A DNA stretch of 64,000 nucleotides from Christensenellaceae bacterium (GCA_045579345.1 JAZNMA010000098.1:19943-83942); one strand, 5' to 3'. Shown: positions 30,801 through 40,914, counted from the stretch's first letter. Notes: a model not told the origin generated them from the sequence alone. Numbers and translations are program-made.

Positions 30801-31228
30801 CAGCAAGTGAAATTTTTGAAAAAGTAAAAGGAATTGCCGATGATTTTCCTGATTTAGCCAACTTAATTAGAGAGGCTTTAATTGCACAAGGTTTTAATGT
30901 ACCTGAATTTGATAAAGGCGGTGTGTTAAGTGGTTTGGGTGGTATAAAAGCCACTACAAGCGACGAAATAGTATTAGGTCCTGACATTGCCCGTAAAATA
31001 CTTGAACCAAGTTCTAATGCTCAATTTTCGGCTTTTGTGCAAGATTTAGGAATATTGTTTGGAGCAAGTTCTAAAATGCTTGACTATAAAAAAGATATTT
31101 TAACTAATAATAATTCTTCTAACGATAATCGAAGCTATACGGTCAATGGTGTGCCGATTACACAACAACAAGCAGAGCAATATACTTTTGCTGAACTTAT
31201 AGAGCATATCGCAAATATGCCAAATTAG
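27830..31228 (+). CDS. tail tape measure protein
   Basis: 1132 aa. N-terminal coiled coil, then a TP901-type core resembling ...QRYGQTFENVNDIAQNFARTGMSWNETIQATESALLALNVAELDATQASDGMIAIMQQFG, central TM helices and a long coiled coil. Confidence 0.85.
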   Translation: MAKIILNVELAKSNVVKNLKELEAGIQGIGKSLGDVKVNKNLTAQLNALTRQYNALAKAAKEAQKVDNKQSIEKQKLAKATAQASTAKINEQKATIQLQTAQVRLTKAQESGAKVVKKATEENEKHRQSILSMAQGFFQWQMAATLVMKPLQMVRQAWASINETLVKTEDAVISLQRVLNDDSLSDSTISGKLYDLAQRYGQTFENVNDIAQNFARTGMSWNETIQATESALLALNVAELDATQASDGMIAIMQQFGYEASELTGIIDILNKTADKFPVTTDKLLTALQRTGSSAKNAKLDLAETVGIITALSKATGRSGENLGTAINSLIQYSSKSSSLDIFASLDETTNAVVEKYRKGGATILEVWQAVSEVINNMDSRQEDILAGLVNSEDIQNLEQELQDELGDIFENINDVYGTANTFRKNYFIALLGNMQTVNDAIETASDASGYSAKENEKYLDTYTAKVNELNAKWQELANNEQGFLGFKKGLVDMGIWGLEALDWMGGLRTASISLFGVILSFLPAIHLKLKEIGITMNSTMGWITLATSLLSIGVGVYQNIQQEQEEQRRQTIANYEANKKTAKSLEDLYDKYKTLSKEDEEYKTLQEDIVNILKEKYPILKTLKEGTEEYTTAIENLTNAELKYYRAERANAATAAEEILKKANIGNNTFWTANFGGSYLSYLGEGGDIVSEILKNNGNIGYANTDRGELLYDAEDLKTYKASTVGENLTVYELLNQAMDALQKAYDEAILAGDTERAETILNSKGWKNFYTGITESKGVVDKYFETNTAKFLDDYLLVNKIETEDDYNAMVKSIIEQFGVSSFYDDTIKGFIGGVGEYIEDIGTSTEETVDTTKTWEEQSSTVLENYKEILDYVNKIRDAEKEAKDLEEKRLAIEEKRKAVAERELELEKAKKELEDVKNNKNVYVYNAAKGGFERVANEKAVAKAEENVKNAEENILKANEDVEKAKESYEEAIWDDIESDLKEGNKTASEIFEKVKGIADDFPDLANLIREALIAQGFNVPEFDKGGVLSGLGGIKATTSDEIVLGPDIARKILEPSSNAQFSAFVQDLGILFGASSKMLDYKKDILTNNNSSNDNRSYTVNGVPITQQQAEQYTFAELIEHIANMPN

Positions 31229-31254
31229 AAAAATTTTAAGGAGATAACTTATAT

Positions 31255-34200
31255 ATGGCAATATATCAACCGAGTAATATAATACCTTCAAATTTTGCAG
31301 GCGTAGGGCTTGGCACAATTGATGCTACTGACAAAGTAAGTATTTCTTGGCAAGTAAATGGTAATTCTCCTATGACGGCTTTTCAAATTCAAATTTACAA
31401 CAATGCTACAAATGCATTAGTTAAAAACACGGGTAAAATTAACGACGGGATACCTACTAACGGTTTTTATGGCGTAGACAATAAAGGAAATCCTCAACAA
31501 TTTATTTATGCTCCGACTGATAATAACGAAAATCCTTATACTTGGGATAGTAGCGAATGGGGAACAACTACTAATGGTGGTATTATTAATGGCAACGAAT
31601 ATAAAATGATTATTACTCAATATTGGGGAAATAATGATGCTAATTCTATTACTCAATTTTCAGGTAGTGTATTTTTAACGAGAAGCGTACCAACATTGAC
31701 TTTGCTTTATAAGGGCGATACCTTTGACGGCAATACCGTTATATCAAGTGCTGTTGTAAATTTTAGCGCTAATTATAATCAAGCGCAAAACGATTCGATT
31801 AATGCTATTAGATGGGAATTTGCGGATGATGAAGGAAAGATTTTAGATGATACAGGCTTTATAAATACTGGTGTGTTTTCTTATTCTTACAATGGTTTGT
31901 TTTCAGGTAATGACTACGCAATTCGTTGCACTGTTGAAACACAAAATGGTGTACAAGCAACTACTGGCTGGATTAGTTTCTTGGTGCAATATGATGAAGC
32001 GTCTAACACGGGCGACCTTAAAACACACTGTATTAATGATGGCTCGGTCCTTTTAGAATGGGGAAAATCTTTAGATATACCGGGAGCATTAGTTCCCGAA
32101 GGAACACCAAATATAAAAAACAATGTTCTAACGCTTGAAGAAAATCAATCGGTTGTTTGGGATAAAGTTAATGAAGAAAATATGTCTTTTGCTTCTCCGT
32201 GGAATATGTTATGGGAAGGTAAAATAGGTTCTATTGCTACAAAATCTTATGAAATGCAACCAGTTGCGAGTGTGGCATCACATTCTTTTAGAGTAAATCA
32301 AACGTTTTCGCAAGACAGGCAATTTATAAAATCAGGAGAATCTACGATAGCAACAGATGAATCAATGCTTATTGCTTATGGTAATAATAAATGGGTTGGT
32401 GTTAACAAAAATGCAACTTTTATTAGTGATAATGGATTAGATTGGATAAAAACCTCGACATTTTCCATTTTATATGAATTTTATGATCTTTTGTATGATG
32501 GTAAAAGTTTTATTGCTTACGGAAGACAATGGTCGCCTGAGTTAGGTGTAATTCTTAAAAGCACCAACGGAAATTCTTGGGAAGTTATAGTCGATTCTTC
32601 TGCTGTGTCGATTCAGTCTTTATCATACTTTGATGTTAATTATAATAAAAAAATTTATGTTAGATTAGCAAGTTATGATCCTTATGGTGTTTCTATGGAC
32701 GCAGATTCTTATATTGAAACATCGAGTAATTTAATAGAGTGGAATAGAGAATTAAAAATGTGTGGTAATTCTAGATATGACATAATAGGCAATCGAGCCT
32801 TTGTGTATCTTGGTAATAATTATTTTATACTTATTGATTATACTATTGGTTGTCTAAAATTTAAAATTTCTAATAATGGAGAATATTTAGAAGATAGTTC
32901 TTTTACTTTCCCATCTGTAATTGACAGTTTGGCTTACGATGGTGTATCTACATATTGTGCTACTTCTCTAACTAACAACAAAATTTATTATTCAACCGAT
33001 CTTCAAAATTTTGGTACAATTACTGGATTTGCTAGTGGCTCACTACGACCGATACAATACGATGGTGGATGCTTTTTAGTTGTTGATACAATTTTTGAGC
33101 AAAATGTTAAAAAAAGCAACGTTTATTACTCTGAAGATGGCATTAACTGGAATTTTGGATTTGAATTTAATTATCATGGTGCATCTATAGCATCTAAAAC
33201 AACTCGCACTGCCAATTATTATGAATTTTTAATCCACTCTATTAATGACAACAATACGATTATTGAAAAATTTATAATGCCATACTTTAAATATTCAAGA
33301 AGCATAACTATTGAAGGATGGCGAGATGGTTCTACCAGTGCTGCTGGCAACGGATTAATTAACTATTCATATAGTACACAATCTTATGCAAATCAACCAG
33401 TAACTTTTACTGCGTGGTTTGATAAAAAAACCGTTAATGTTTTATTTGGCTATAATACAAAAAGCACAACGGCTAATGTATCACATACTTTTGATTTTAA
33501 CTTGGGTACTATATCTAAAGTCGGATTATCGTCGTTCACGCCATCAAGTGCAAACATTTCTTTAAGCAATACAGATAATTCAATTACGGTAACCGCAGTG
33601 GTAAATACAACTAGAACGACCACGCCTAAAGTTAATTTTGATTTAGGAATAATATATAACGATTTACTAAATGTAGGGAACAACTTAATAATAGAAACAA
33701 ACGCTTATCAAGTGTATATAAATAAAATTGATGCCGATGTCTTATATGCTTACCAGTTAAATATTTATGATAAAACAAAAAGCGAGTATTTAATATCGAC
33801 GGTAAATGGTTTACAACCGACCATAGGTAATTATGATTTAAATATAGCGTTATTGATAACACCTAAATCAACAATTTTAGTATATAGAAATGATTATAAA
33901 CAACAAGTAAATTATCTTACTTACACGCAAGAAGAAATAACATCAATTAGTTTAATAGGTCCACAAGTAGCAGATATATTGTTTTTAAGTAATGAAAACA
34001 TTGAATACAATGCTAATTTTGAACCAACGTGGAATAATAATACACTGTTTTATGCTAAATTTTATGATTTAAATGCAGGTTTAACAAGTGCAGGTTCAAA
34101 TGCTGCAAATGCAATTTATAGAATGGATAAAAATGGTTTATTTTTGCCCGTTGCTAATGTCGGCTCTAATATAACACAACTCAAAGATTATGGAATAACC

Positions 34201-34968
34201 AGTTATCAAAAATATTATTACGAACTTCTTTATTTAAGCGGAGAAGAAAGTTATTCATTACCAGTAAAAAGCCAAGACGTATGTATAGTATTTGATGCGT
34301 ATTATTTGATTGAGGCAACTGAAGATAAAGATAATCCAAATGTTTTCCACGCCTTAAAAGTGTGGAGATTTGGAAATAATATATCGGCAGGAAGTGTAAG
34401 CAATAATAATAGTCCTAACTGGCTTACTAACTTTACTCCGTATAGACTAAAACAACCAACTTCACAATTGGGCGAGAGTGGAACTTTACAAGCATTATTA
34501 AGCAATTACAATCAATCAGAAGACTTTTACGAAGATACTGTGGAAATGATGCAAAGTTTAAAACAAACAAGTTTAAGTACAAACGTATTCTTTCTAAAAG
34601 ATATGAAAGGGAATCTATATATGGTAAGTATTAGCGCACCGATTGTACAAACTATTGCTACAAATACAAAATTGCAACAAGTTAGCGTGTCAATTCCGTG
34701 GGAAGAAATTGGTGATGCAAGCAACATTTCATTGATTCAATTACCTACCGATGAAGGATGGATGCAAGACGAAGTTTTTGATGCAGCACTTAATGTTGAT
34801 TTATCAACTGGTAAATTAAAAGCAAATTATCCTTATAACTATAACGGAACTACTTTTGCATTAGAAACAAATAAGTTAATTGCAAATACTCCAAGCGGAA
34901 TTAATGGCGCTAACTTAAAACTTGAAAATGGAAAGGTAATAGCAGAAACAAGTACGGAGAATAGTTAA
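31255..34968 (+). CDS. large tail/baseplate protein with central Asp-box (BNR-like) beta-propeller region
   Basis: 1237 aa, immediately after the tape measure. Repeats SDNGLDW, STNGNSW, SSNLIEW, STDLQNF and SEDGINW fall between about 32.33 and 33.25 kb. Confidence 0.55.
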   Translation: MAIYQPSNIIPSNFAGVGLGTIDATDKVSISWQVNGNSPMTAFQIQIYNNATNALVKNTGKINDGIPTNGFYGVDNKGNPQQFIYAPTDNNENPYTWDSSEWGTTTNGGIINGNEYKMIITQYWGNNDANSITQFSGSVFLTRSVPTLTLLYKGDTFDGNTVISSAVVNFSANYNQAQNDSINAIRWEFADDEGKILDDTGFINTGVFSYSYNGLFSGNDYAIRCTVETQNGVQATTGWISFLVQYDEASNTGDLKTHCINDGSVLLEWGKSLDIPGALVPEGTPNIKNNVLTLEENQSVVWDKVNEENMSFASPWNMLWEGKIGSIATKSYEMQPVASVASHSFRVNQTFSQDRQFIKSGESTIATDESMLIAYGNNKWVGVNKNATFISDNGLDWIKTSTFSILYEFYDLLYDGKSFIAYGRQWSPELGVILKSTNGNSWEVIVDSSAVSIQSLSYFDVNYNKKIYVRLASYDPYGVSMDADSYIETSSNLIEWNRELKMCGNSRYDIIGNRAFVYLGNNYFILIDYTIGCLKFKISNNGEYLEDSSFTFPSVIDSLAYDGVSTYCATSLTNNKIYYSTDLQNFGTITGFASGSLRPIQYDGGCFLVVDTIFEQNVKKSNVYYSEDGINWNFGFEFNYHGASIASKTTRTANYYEFLIHSINDNNTIIEKFIMPYFKYSRSITIEGWRDGSTSAAGNGLINYSYSTQSYANQPVTFTAWFDKKTVNVLFGYNTKSTTANVSHTFDFNLGTISKVGLSSFTPSSANISLSNTDNSITVTAVVNTTRTTTPKVNFDLGIIYNDLLNVGNNLIIETNAYQVYINKIDADVLYAYQLNIYDKTKSEYLISTVNGLQPTIGNYDLNIALLITPKSTILVYRNDYKQQVNYLTYTQEEITSISLIGPQVADILFLSNENIEYNANFEPTWNNNTLFYAKFYDLNAGLTSAGSNAANAIYRMDKNGLFLPVANVGSNITQLKDYGITSYQKYYYELLYLSGEESYSLPVKSQDVCIVFDAYYLIEATEDKDNPNVFHALKVWRFGNNISAGSVSNNNSPNWLTNFTPYRLKQPTSQLGESGTLQALLSNYNQSEDFYEDTVEMMQSLKQTSLSTNVFFLKDMKGNLYMVSISAPIVQTIATNTKLQQVSVSIPWEEIGDASNISLIQLPTDEGWMQDEVFDAALNVDLSTGKLKANYPYNYNGTTFALETNKLIANTPSGINGANLKLENGKVIAETSTENS

Positions 34969-34970
34969 TT

Positions 34971-36248
34971 ATGGTAAATAAATATCAGCAGTATTTGGAA
35001 CAATTAACAAAACCTTTTAGAAAACTTGCCAAGATTGAATTTTTGCAACCTGACAATTCGGTAGCGTTTTCATTAGACAATAATTATAAGCGTGGTTATA
35101 GAACAAAATTTGACACAAGAGCATTTATCCAAAATGGTTTGCTTACAGTATCGTTAAAAAATGGGCAACGTCGAAATGCTAATATAAATTTATCAAATTT
35201 AGATGGGGCGTTTGATTATGCCGTAAATAAAATTTGGTTCGGTCAAAAAATTAGACTACTTATGGGGTTAAAATTGCCCGATGGAACTGATTTTTATTTA
35301 CCACAAGGTGTATTTTACATAAACAACCCAACAAGTATTTTTAAGCCAAACCAAAAAGAAGTTACATACAATTTAGTTGATAAATGGTCTTATTTAGACG
35401 GCACACTTTTTGGAAATTTAAGTGCTGGATACCAAGTAAATCGCAACACTGCATCAGGCTCACTGTGGACGGCTATGCGTGATATTTTATTACTTTCAAA
35501 AAAAGATTTATCAACGCAAACCAATGACATTTCGTTACAATTAGATAATGTTAAGCCAATTTTTACAACTTATTATGATAGAGTAGGTTCAACTTTACCA
35601 TCAAATGTACCTTATGATGTTATTGTTAATGGTGAAAGTTCAAATATAGGCAAGTTATTATTAGAACTTAATAATATTATTGTTGGATGGATAGGGTATG
35701 ACCAAACGGGGGCATTAAGAGTAGATTCATCTCAAAATGATATTGAAGACAGTAGCAAGCCTATACTTTGGAATTTTACACCACAAAATAGCCAACTATT
35801 AGGAATTTCCGAAACAATCAAAAATAGTGAAGTTTATAATGAAGTTTTAATTGTTGGACAATCTATTGAAGGAAGCGAAGTGTATGGTAGAGTACAAAAT
35901 ATTGATCCTAAAAGTGACACTAATATAAATTTAATTGGCAGACGGACCTATAGAGAAAGTCAACCTAATTTTACGACAACACAACAATGCTTAGATTTGG
36001 CTGGGTTTAGACTAAAAAGAAAAACTGTATTACAAAAATCAATAACGATTGAAAGTAGTCAAATATTTCATTTAGCAGAAAATAATCTTGTAACGGTAAA
36101 ACGTACAGACAAAGAAGGTTCGCCTATTGAAAGACACTTAATTCAATCTTACAGTTTGCCCATTGGAGAAACGGGAGCTATGTCTATAAGTTGTGTTAGT
36201 GTTAATGATTTACCAAATTTAGTTACAAATCAATCAACTACTGTTTAA
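34971..36248 (+). CDS. tail/baseplate protein
   Basis: 425-aa ORF in the tail module. Confidence 0.45.
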   Translation: MVNKYQQYLEQLTKPFRKLAKIEFLQPDNSVAFSLDNNYKRGYRTKFDTRAFIQNGLLTVSLKNGQRRNANINLSNLDGAFDYAVNKIWFGQKIRLLMGLKLPDGTDFYLPQGVFYINNPTSIFKPNQKEVTYNLVDKWSYLDGTLFGNLSAGYQVNRNTASGSLWTAMRDILLLSKKDLSTQTNDISLQLDNVKPIFTTYYDRVGSTLPSNVPYDVIVNGESSNIGKLLLELNNIIVGWIGYDQTGALRVDSSQNDIEDSSKPILWNFTPQNSQLLGISETIKNSEVYNEVLIVGQSIEGSEVYGRVQNIDPKSDTNINLIGRRTYRESQPNFTTTQQCLDLAGFRLKRKTVLQKSITIESSQIFHLAENNLVTVKRTDKEGSPIERHLIQSYSLPIGETGAMSISCVSVNDLPNLVTNQSTTV

Positions 36249-36259
36249 GGAGAAACTGT

Positions 36260-36550
36260 ATGAAAAATCCTGATAGTGAATTATTAAAAATAAAACAGTC
36301 GCTTACAAAAATTATAAAAGAGGTTATAGAAGAAGAAACAAAACCGTGCTTTAGAATATATAAAGCAAAAGTAACTTCAGCACCTAATGGCTCAAAAATA
36401 GGAGTAAAATTGATAGGGCAAGAAACTACAATGAACTTACCCTATTCAACTAATGTTAGAAATGCGACGGTGGGAAATATTGTTTGGGTAGCAACAATTT
36501 ATAACAGTTTTTCTAACGCTTTAGTTTGGGAAACTGTTGATTTCAAATAA
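36260..36550 (+). CDS. small tail-module protein
   Basis: 96-aa ORF with GGAG upstream. Confidence 0.45.
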   Translation: MKNPDSELLKIKQSLTKIIKEVIEEETKPCFRIYKAKVTSAPNGSKIGVKLIGQETTMNLPYSTNVRNATVGNIVWVATIYNSFSNALVWETVDFK

Positions 36551-36578
36551 CTATATTCTAGATAAAGGAGAATAAAAA

Positions 36579-38069
36579 ATGGGCAAAACACAAATCTTGG
36601 GAACAGTCGCAATAGTTCCAAAAGGTGATTGGCAAGAAAACACTTCGTATGAATTGTTAAATCTTATTAGATATGAAGGGGCTTCTTATTTAGCAATTCG
36701 CAACGTTCCTGAAAACACCTTGCCAACAGATGTGAATTATTGGCAATTGGTTGCAACAGATGGGGCAGCAAACATCAATTTTGAAAACGGCACAGGCGAT
36801 TACTCAATCGTTCAAAAAACCGCAGAGGGAGAAGAAAACGAGGCAACGGCAGAAGGAACTTACGCGGGTGGTAAGAAAAGTAAGACAACCGCAAAAAGAG
36901 GTTTTACTCACGGTAATACTGTCCTAAACAACGGGAACAGTGCGGCATCGTTCGGACAACAATACACAAATGACGGTAATGTAGCATTAACACAAATGGC
37001 AGATGGATATAATGGTGGTGCCGGTGCGGTAGTCGTTGGACAAAATATTTATAACAAGAAAAATCAAACTGCAAATGTTCCCAGTTCAGAAGGTGGCTCA
37101 GCTTCCGCTTTGGTTGGTGCGTATCTTTATAACCGTGGCTCACACGCTCAAACAATGGGATACTTGTTAAAAAATCGAAAGGCATTAAAAACAGTATTAG
37201 GCATAGCAAACAAAGATAAAGAAAATACCATTTTTGAAATTGGCGGAGGAAAAGAAATCACCACAGTAGCAAGCGATAATAGTTCTTTTACTTATAACGG
37301 ATATACTTACACAGTCAACTATGACGAAAACAATAAGATAGTGTCAATAACTTTTCCTACAAATGCTCCAAGTTATCCTAAGACAATAGATTATCGAGAT
37401 GAACAAGGTCATACTGACTTTAGAGTCGAAACTGAAGGTGGAGTTGAAATATGTCTTGCTCTTGTAAATGGCGTTCTTAAAGTATATGAGCCTTATAACA
37501 TCTTCGAAATTGACGAAAACGGCGGAATTAGAAACTTTGGTGGTGTATATTTCCGCACTTGCAGAAATGAAGTAGGTAAAAGAAAATCGTTCTTGTACTT
37601 TGATGAAGAATCCGCAACTTGGTCTGTTGGTGACGGTAAGGCACAAGTCTATATGAAAGACGATAAAGTAGAGGTTGCTGGCACTTTATCAGCAACAAAC
37701 GCTCCGCAGAAACCGAATGACGTTGTAAGACTTCAAGATTTACCTGCAGGTGGCGGTAAGACTTATTATAGACATAGTGTTGTTTTAACAAATATAAATA
37801 TCAATAACAAAGCAATTACGGCATATATACCACAGTTTACATCGTCAAGTTCATCTTCTATATCATCATTTGATGAGTTGATTGCAAATACAGGACGGAT
37901 TACACTACTAACATTTCAAGCATCTAGTTTTGTTGATGGTTTTGGTTCGTCTAACTTAGATTTATTTACATTTTCGGGAAGAGCATACAGTTCTGAAGAT
38001 GATGATTGGTTTGATTTTCGTGGGCATATAATGGACGCAGTAATTACCGACACAGTAACCGAATTATAA
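36579..38069 (+). CDS. tail fibre / receptor-binding protein
   Basis: The N-terminus KGDWQENTSYELLNLIRYEGASYLAIRNVPENTLPTDVNYWQLVA is the W..Y....V.Y.G..Y......P....W carbohydrate-binding-like module common at the start of phage tail fibres. Confidence 0.55.
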   Translation: MGKTQILGTVAIVPKGDWQENTSYELLNLIRYEGASYLAIRNVPENTLPTDVNYWQLVATDGAANINFENGTGDYSIVQKTAEGEENEATAEGTYAGGKKSKTTAKRGFTHGNTVLNNGNSAASFGQQYTNDGNVALTQMADGYNGGAGAVVVGQNIYNKKNQTANVPSSEGGSASALVGAYLYNRGSHAQTMGYLLKNRKALKTVLGIANKDKENTIFEIGGGKEITTVASDNSSFTYNGYTYTVNYDENNKIVSITFPTNAPSYPKTIDYRDEQGHTDFRVETEGGVEICLALVNGVLKVYEPYNIFEIDENGGIRNFGGVYFRTCRNEVGKRKSFLYFDEESATWSVGDGKAQVYMKDDKVEVAGTLSATNAPQKPNDVVRLQDLPAGGGKTYYRHSVVLTNININNKAITAYIPQFTSSSSSSISSFDELIANTGRITLLTFQASSFVDGFGSSNLDLFTFSGRAYSSEDDDWFDFRGHIMDAVITDTVTEL

Positions 38070-38090
38070 AAAATAAAGGAGATATAAATT

Positions 38091-38423
38091 ATGGGATTAA
38101 CGAACAAAAATTACAAAATAAACGGGTATGAATATCCGACAGTTTACGCAGTTTTCAATGGCGAAATTAAGAAACTTGGCAACGATTTAGAAGTATCTTT
38201 CAACGTTCACGGAACGAGAGAACTAGCACTTACTGAAAAGCCGTTAGAAGTTAAGAAAGTTAGACTAAAAGATTGGGATAGAAAGACCGACCTTGTCGCT
38301 TATGCTTACCAAAAAGGCAAAGAAAAGATGTCTTATAAAACATTTGATGACGAGGGTAAACCAATTATTAAAGAAATGGATAATGTCTTTACTGGTTGGG
38401 AAAACGATATAGTAACAGAATAA
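38091..38423 (+). CDS. hypothetical protein (last rightward late gene)
   Basis: 110-aa ORF with GGAG upstream. Confidence 0.45.
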   Translation: MGLTNKNYKINGYEYPTVYAVFNGEIKKLGNDLEVSFNVHGTRELALTEKPLEVKKVRLKDWDRKTDLVAYAYQKGKEKMSYKTFDDEGKPIIKEMDNVFTGWENDIVTE

Positions 38424-38426
38424 ATA

Positions 38427-38460
38427 GAAAAGCCTATGGAAAATCAATCCATAGGCTTTT
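38427..38460. terminator. bidirectional intrinsic terminator between convergent operons
   Basis: AAAAGCCTATGGA / TCCATAGGCTTTT, a 13-bp perfect stem with A-run and T-run flanks. Confidence 0.85.
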
Positions 38461-38464
38461 AACT

Positions 38465-39121
38465 TTAATGTTCTCGTTTGTCTTTTTCGGCTTTTATTTC
38501 AGCCTTTTCTTTATCGGCTTGTTGTTTCTTTTCGTACCAATCTTCAACCATACGATTTTTAAGATACCATAATTGTTTGCGTAGTTGGTCGTACTTTGCT
38601 TGTTCGACCTTGCATTTATCCCATTGTTCGTCAAGTTGTCTTTGTAGTTCTTCTTCGTTAATCTTATTGCCTAAAACAGTCTTTCCGATAAGGTAATAAT
38701 CGTCCAACTTGTCGCCATATATCCAAGCGGAAGTATTGTTTTCAAACAAAACAACGGGAATATTGTCATAAAAACTTTCAACCTTACCAACCAAGCCGTC
38801 TTTACGGATAACCTTATCTCCAAGTTTAATTTCTATATCTCCGTTTAAGACTTTTGCAAGTTGATTAAAACCTTTTTCTGCTTCAGCAAAAGTTATTCCG
38901 CAAATAGGAAGAGTAGGAATATATTTATCAAATTCTTTTATTGCGTTCTCCCAAGATTTTCCTTCGTCAAGTAAAGATAATATCACAACCACCACTGTTT
39001 CAAAAGTATAATCTTTACTTTTTGCTAAATCAAGGACGGTTTCTACAATCGTGTCAATGTCAATATCTGTTCTATTGTGTATTTCAATTATCTTGCTTTC
39101 GTAGTTTTGAAACATATTCAT
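38465..39121 (-). CDS. hypothetical protein
   Basis: 218-aa ORF with a C-terminal K/E coiled coil. Confidence 0.5.
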   Translation of the reverse strand: MNMFQNYESKIIEIHNRTDIDIDTIVETVLDLAKSKDYTFETVVVVILSLLDEGKSWENAIKEFDKYIPTLPICGITFAEAEKGFNQLAKVLNGDIEIKLGDKVIRKDGLVGKVESFYDNIPVVLFENNTSAWIYGDKLDDYYLIGKTVLGNKINEEELQRQLDEQWDKCKVEQAKYDQLRKQLWYLKNRMVEDWYEKKQQADKEKAEIKAEKDKREH

Positions 39122-39122
39122 T

Positions 39123-39446
39123 TTACTTTTTCTCCCTTGCGTACACTCTTTGAATATGTGGTACGCCCATATCTAATTGCTTGTTATATTTGTTGATTTG
39201 TAGCCAAATAAATTCATATTCGGGGTATTGTTCGACCAATTCAACGTAGTTCACTTGAAAAGAATATTTATAATCGTTTGTCCAATCAAGACGAATTAAG
39301 TTCTTGCTTTGTGCAATCGGTACAAGGCTAACCTTTTTTAACGTGGGGTGTTTAGCCATATCGAAAAAGCCTTCATTAACAAGTTCTTTATCAATCGCTT
39401 GTGCGTTCTTTAATTCTAAAATTTGTTGTAATTTTTCTTTATTCAT
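39123..39446 (-). CDS. hypothetical protein
   Basis: ATG at 39446 preceded by AAGGAG. The longer ORF to 39485 would overlap the recombinase gene. Confidence 0.45.
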   Translation of the reverse strand: MNKEKLQQILELKNAQAIDKELVNEGFFDMAKHPTLKKVSLVPIAQSKNLIRLDWTNDYKYSFQVNYVELVEQYPEYEFIWLQINKYNKQLDMGVPHIQRVYAREKK

Positions 39447-39462
39447 TTTGATTTCTTTCTCC

Positions 39463-40401
39463 TTATAATGCTCCGTCAAAAGCAAGGTTAATGCTGTTTG
39501 CTGATTTTGACTTGTTTAGTATGCTAACATAAATTTTTTCAGTTGTTGAGATGCTGGCGTGTCCAAGTGCGTTTTGTATATCACGCATTTCAATTCCCAA
39601 GTTATCCCAAAGCGATGCCGATGCGTGTCTTAATGCGTGTACACCTACTTCGTGTCCGCAACAAAGACGAGTGTATCTGTTTACAAGCCCTAAAAGTCCT
39701 GCACTTGAAAACGCTTTCCAAACCTTTCCGTTGGTGCTGTGTCCGTTCTCGTCAGCATCCGTTCCAAACAAATAATCGCAAGGGCTTAAATTTGATGGTC
39801 TAACGCCACTTTCAAGATATTCCTTGACAAGTTGTCGAGCAAGGGAAGGAAAAGCCACCAAACGCCTTTTATCGCCTTTTCCGTGCTTAATTTCAATGCA
39901 GTTGTTCTCAAAGTCTAACGCCGATAAGGGAAGTGTACGTAATTCGCTATTTCTCAAACCGACTTGTACTAATAATATCACAATCGCACGATTTCGTAAA
40001 GCAGTTTTACGGTCAATTCTCGGTGGAAGTTCCGTCAATAGCGTTTTTATTTCATCAAGCGACAATAAATCATACTCAATCTGTTCGGCTCTCGGTATCT
40101 CTTCTCGTTGAATAGGGTTGTGTTCAATCAACTTCATACGGATAGCCCACTCAAAAAAGGTGTGTAATACTGTTAGATAATAGCCTATGGTGTTTGATTT
40201 GATTTCAGTCTTGTACAACTCTGTACGGAAGTTTACAACCGTTATAGGCTGAATTTCGCCGTCTTGTTCAAGACTGTTTAAATAATCGCCAAACTTTTTA
40301 AGTATCATACTGTAAGATAAAATCGTTTTGTCGCTCTTTTTGGTTGACGGTAGGGTATTGATATACTGTTCAGCGTACTTTTGATATTCAATTCTGTTCA
40401 T
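39463..40401 (-). CDS. tyrosine recombinase (XerC/XerD-like phage integrase family)
   Basis: N-terminal SAM-like domain. Catalytic residues appear in LRNSELRTL (Arg), HALRHASAS (His-x-x-Arg) and LGHASISTTEKIY (His...Tyr). Confidence 0.9.
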   Translation of the reverse strand: MNRIEYQKYAEQYINTLPSTKKSDKTILSYSMILKKFGDYLNSLEQDGEIQPITVVNFRTELYKTEIKSNTIGYYLTVLHTFFEWAIRMKLIEHNPIQREEIPRAEQIEYDLLSLDEIKTLLTELPPRIDRKTALRNRAIVILLVQVGLRNSELRTLPLSALDFENNCIEIKHGKGDKRRLVAFPSLARQLVKEYLESGVRPSNLSPCDYLFGTDADENGHSTNGKVWKAFSSAGLLGLVNRYTRLCCGHEVGVHALRHASASLWDNLGIEMRDIQNALGHASISTTEKIYVSILNKSKSANSINLAFDGAL

Positions 40402-40911
40402 TTAATTCTCCTTGTCTAATCCGTAGTGATAGTTCAATCTTTCTATCATTTCTTGCTTTAAGTCTTTTATTTCCCACTTGTTTAACTGCACGCCTTTCTC
40501 TTCGTCAGTCGTCATCTGTTCAATAAGCATTTCGGCTAATTCTTTCGCAGTAGTATCGTCGTTAATGAGTTCTGAAAAGTCGTCAAAGGTATAGGCGATT
40601 CTTCCGTTAATAAACACGTTCCACTCGTAATAGCCTGCGCTGAATTTCATTTTTCGTTTAGGGTGTATGCTTCCGGGGATTTCCATATCGGCTTGGGGAT
40701 TGATGTATCGGTCGGTTTCAATTCCAAAATATTTGCAGTAGTCGGCTATATGTATTTTTCCTTTTATTCCTAATCTGTCGCCTGTCGCTTGCTTGATTTT
40801 TTTCATAAGCAAACTTGCATTTCCTTCTGCTGATATTTCAAAAATCTCTTGTAGTTCTCTTGTGCTTATACTTTCTTTGCTAAATATTTCTTCTCTTCTT
40901 TTATAATCCAT
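40402..40911 (-). CDS. hypothetical protein adjacent to the recombinase (possible DNA-binding accessory factor)
   Basis: 169 aa. The stop abuts the recombinase start. The N-terminal STRELQEIFEIS segment is HTH-like; function not established. Confidence 0.4.
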   Translation of the reverse strand: MDYKRREEIFSKESISTRELQEIFEISAEGNASLLMKKIKQATGDRLGIKGKIHIADYCKYFGIETDRYINPQADMEIPGSIHPKRKMKFSAGYYEWNVFINGRIAYTFDDFSELINDDTTAKELAEMLIEQMTTDEEKGVQLNKWEIKDLKQEMIERLNYHYGLDKEN

Positions 40912-40914
40912 AAC

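Noticed and set aside
31255-38069. Looked for a diversity-generating retroelement (template/variable repeat pair) in the tail-fibre region.
   Set aside because: No reverse transcriptase gene is present anywhere in the window, and I saw no near-identical repeat of a C-terminal fibre segment.
39543-40115. Several 60-95-aa plus-strand ORFs.
   Set aside because: All are antisense within the tyrosine recombinase gene, whose catalytic motifs are intact.
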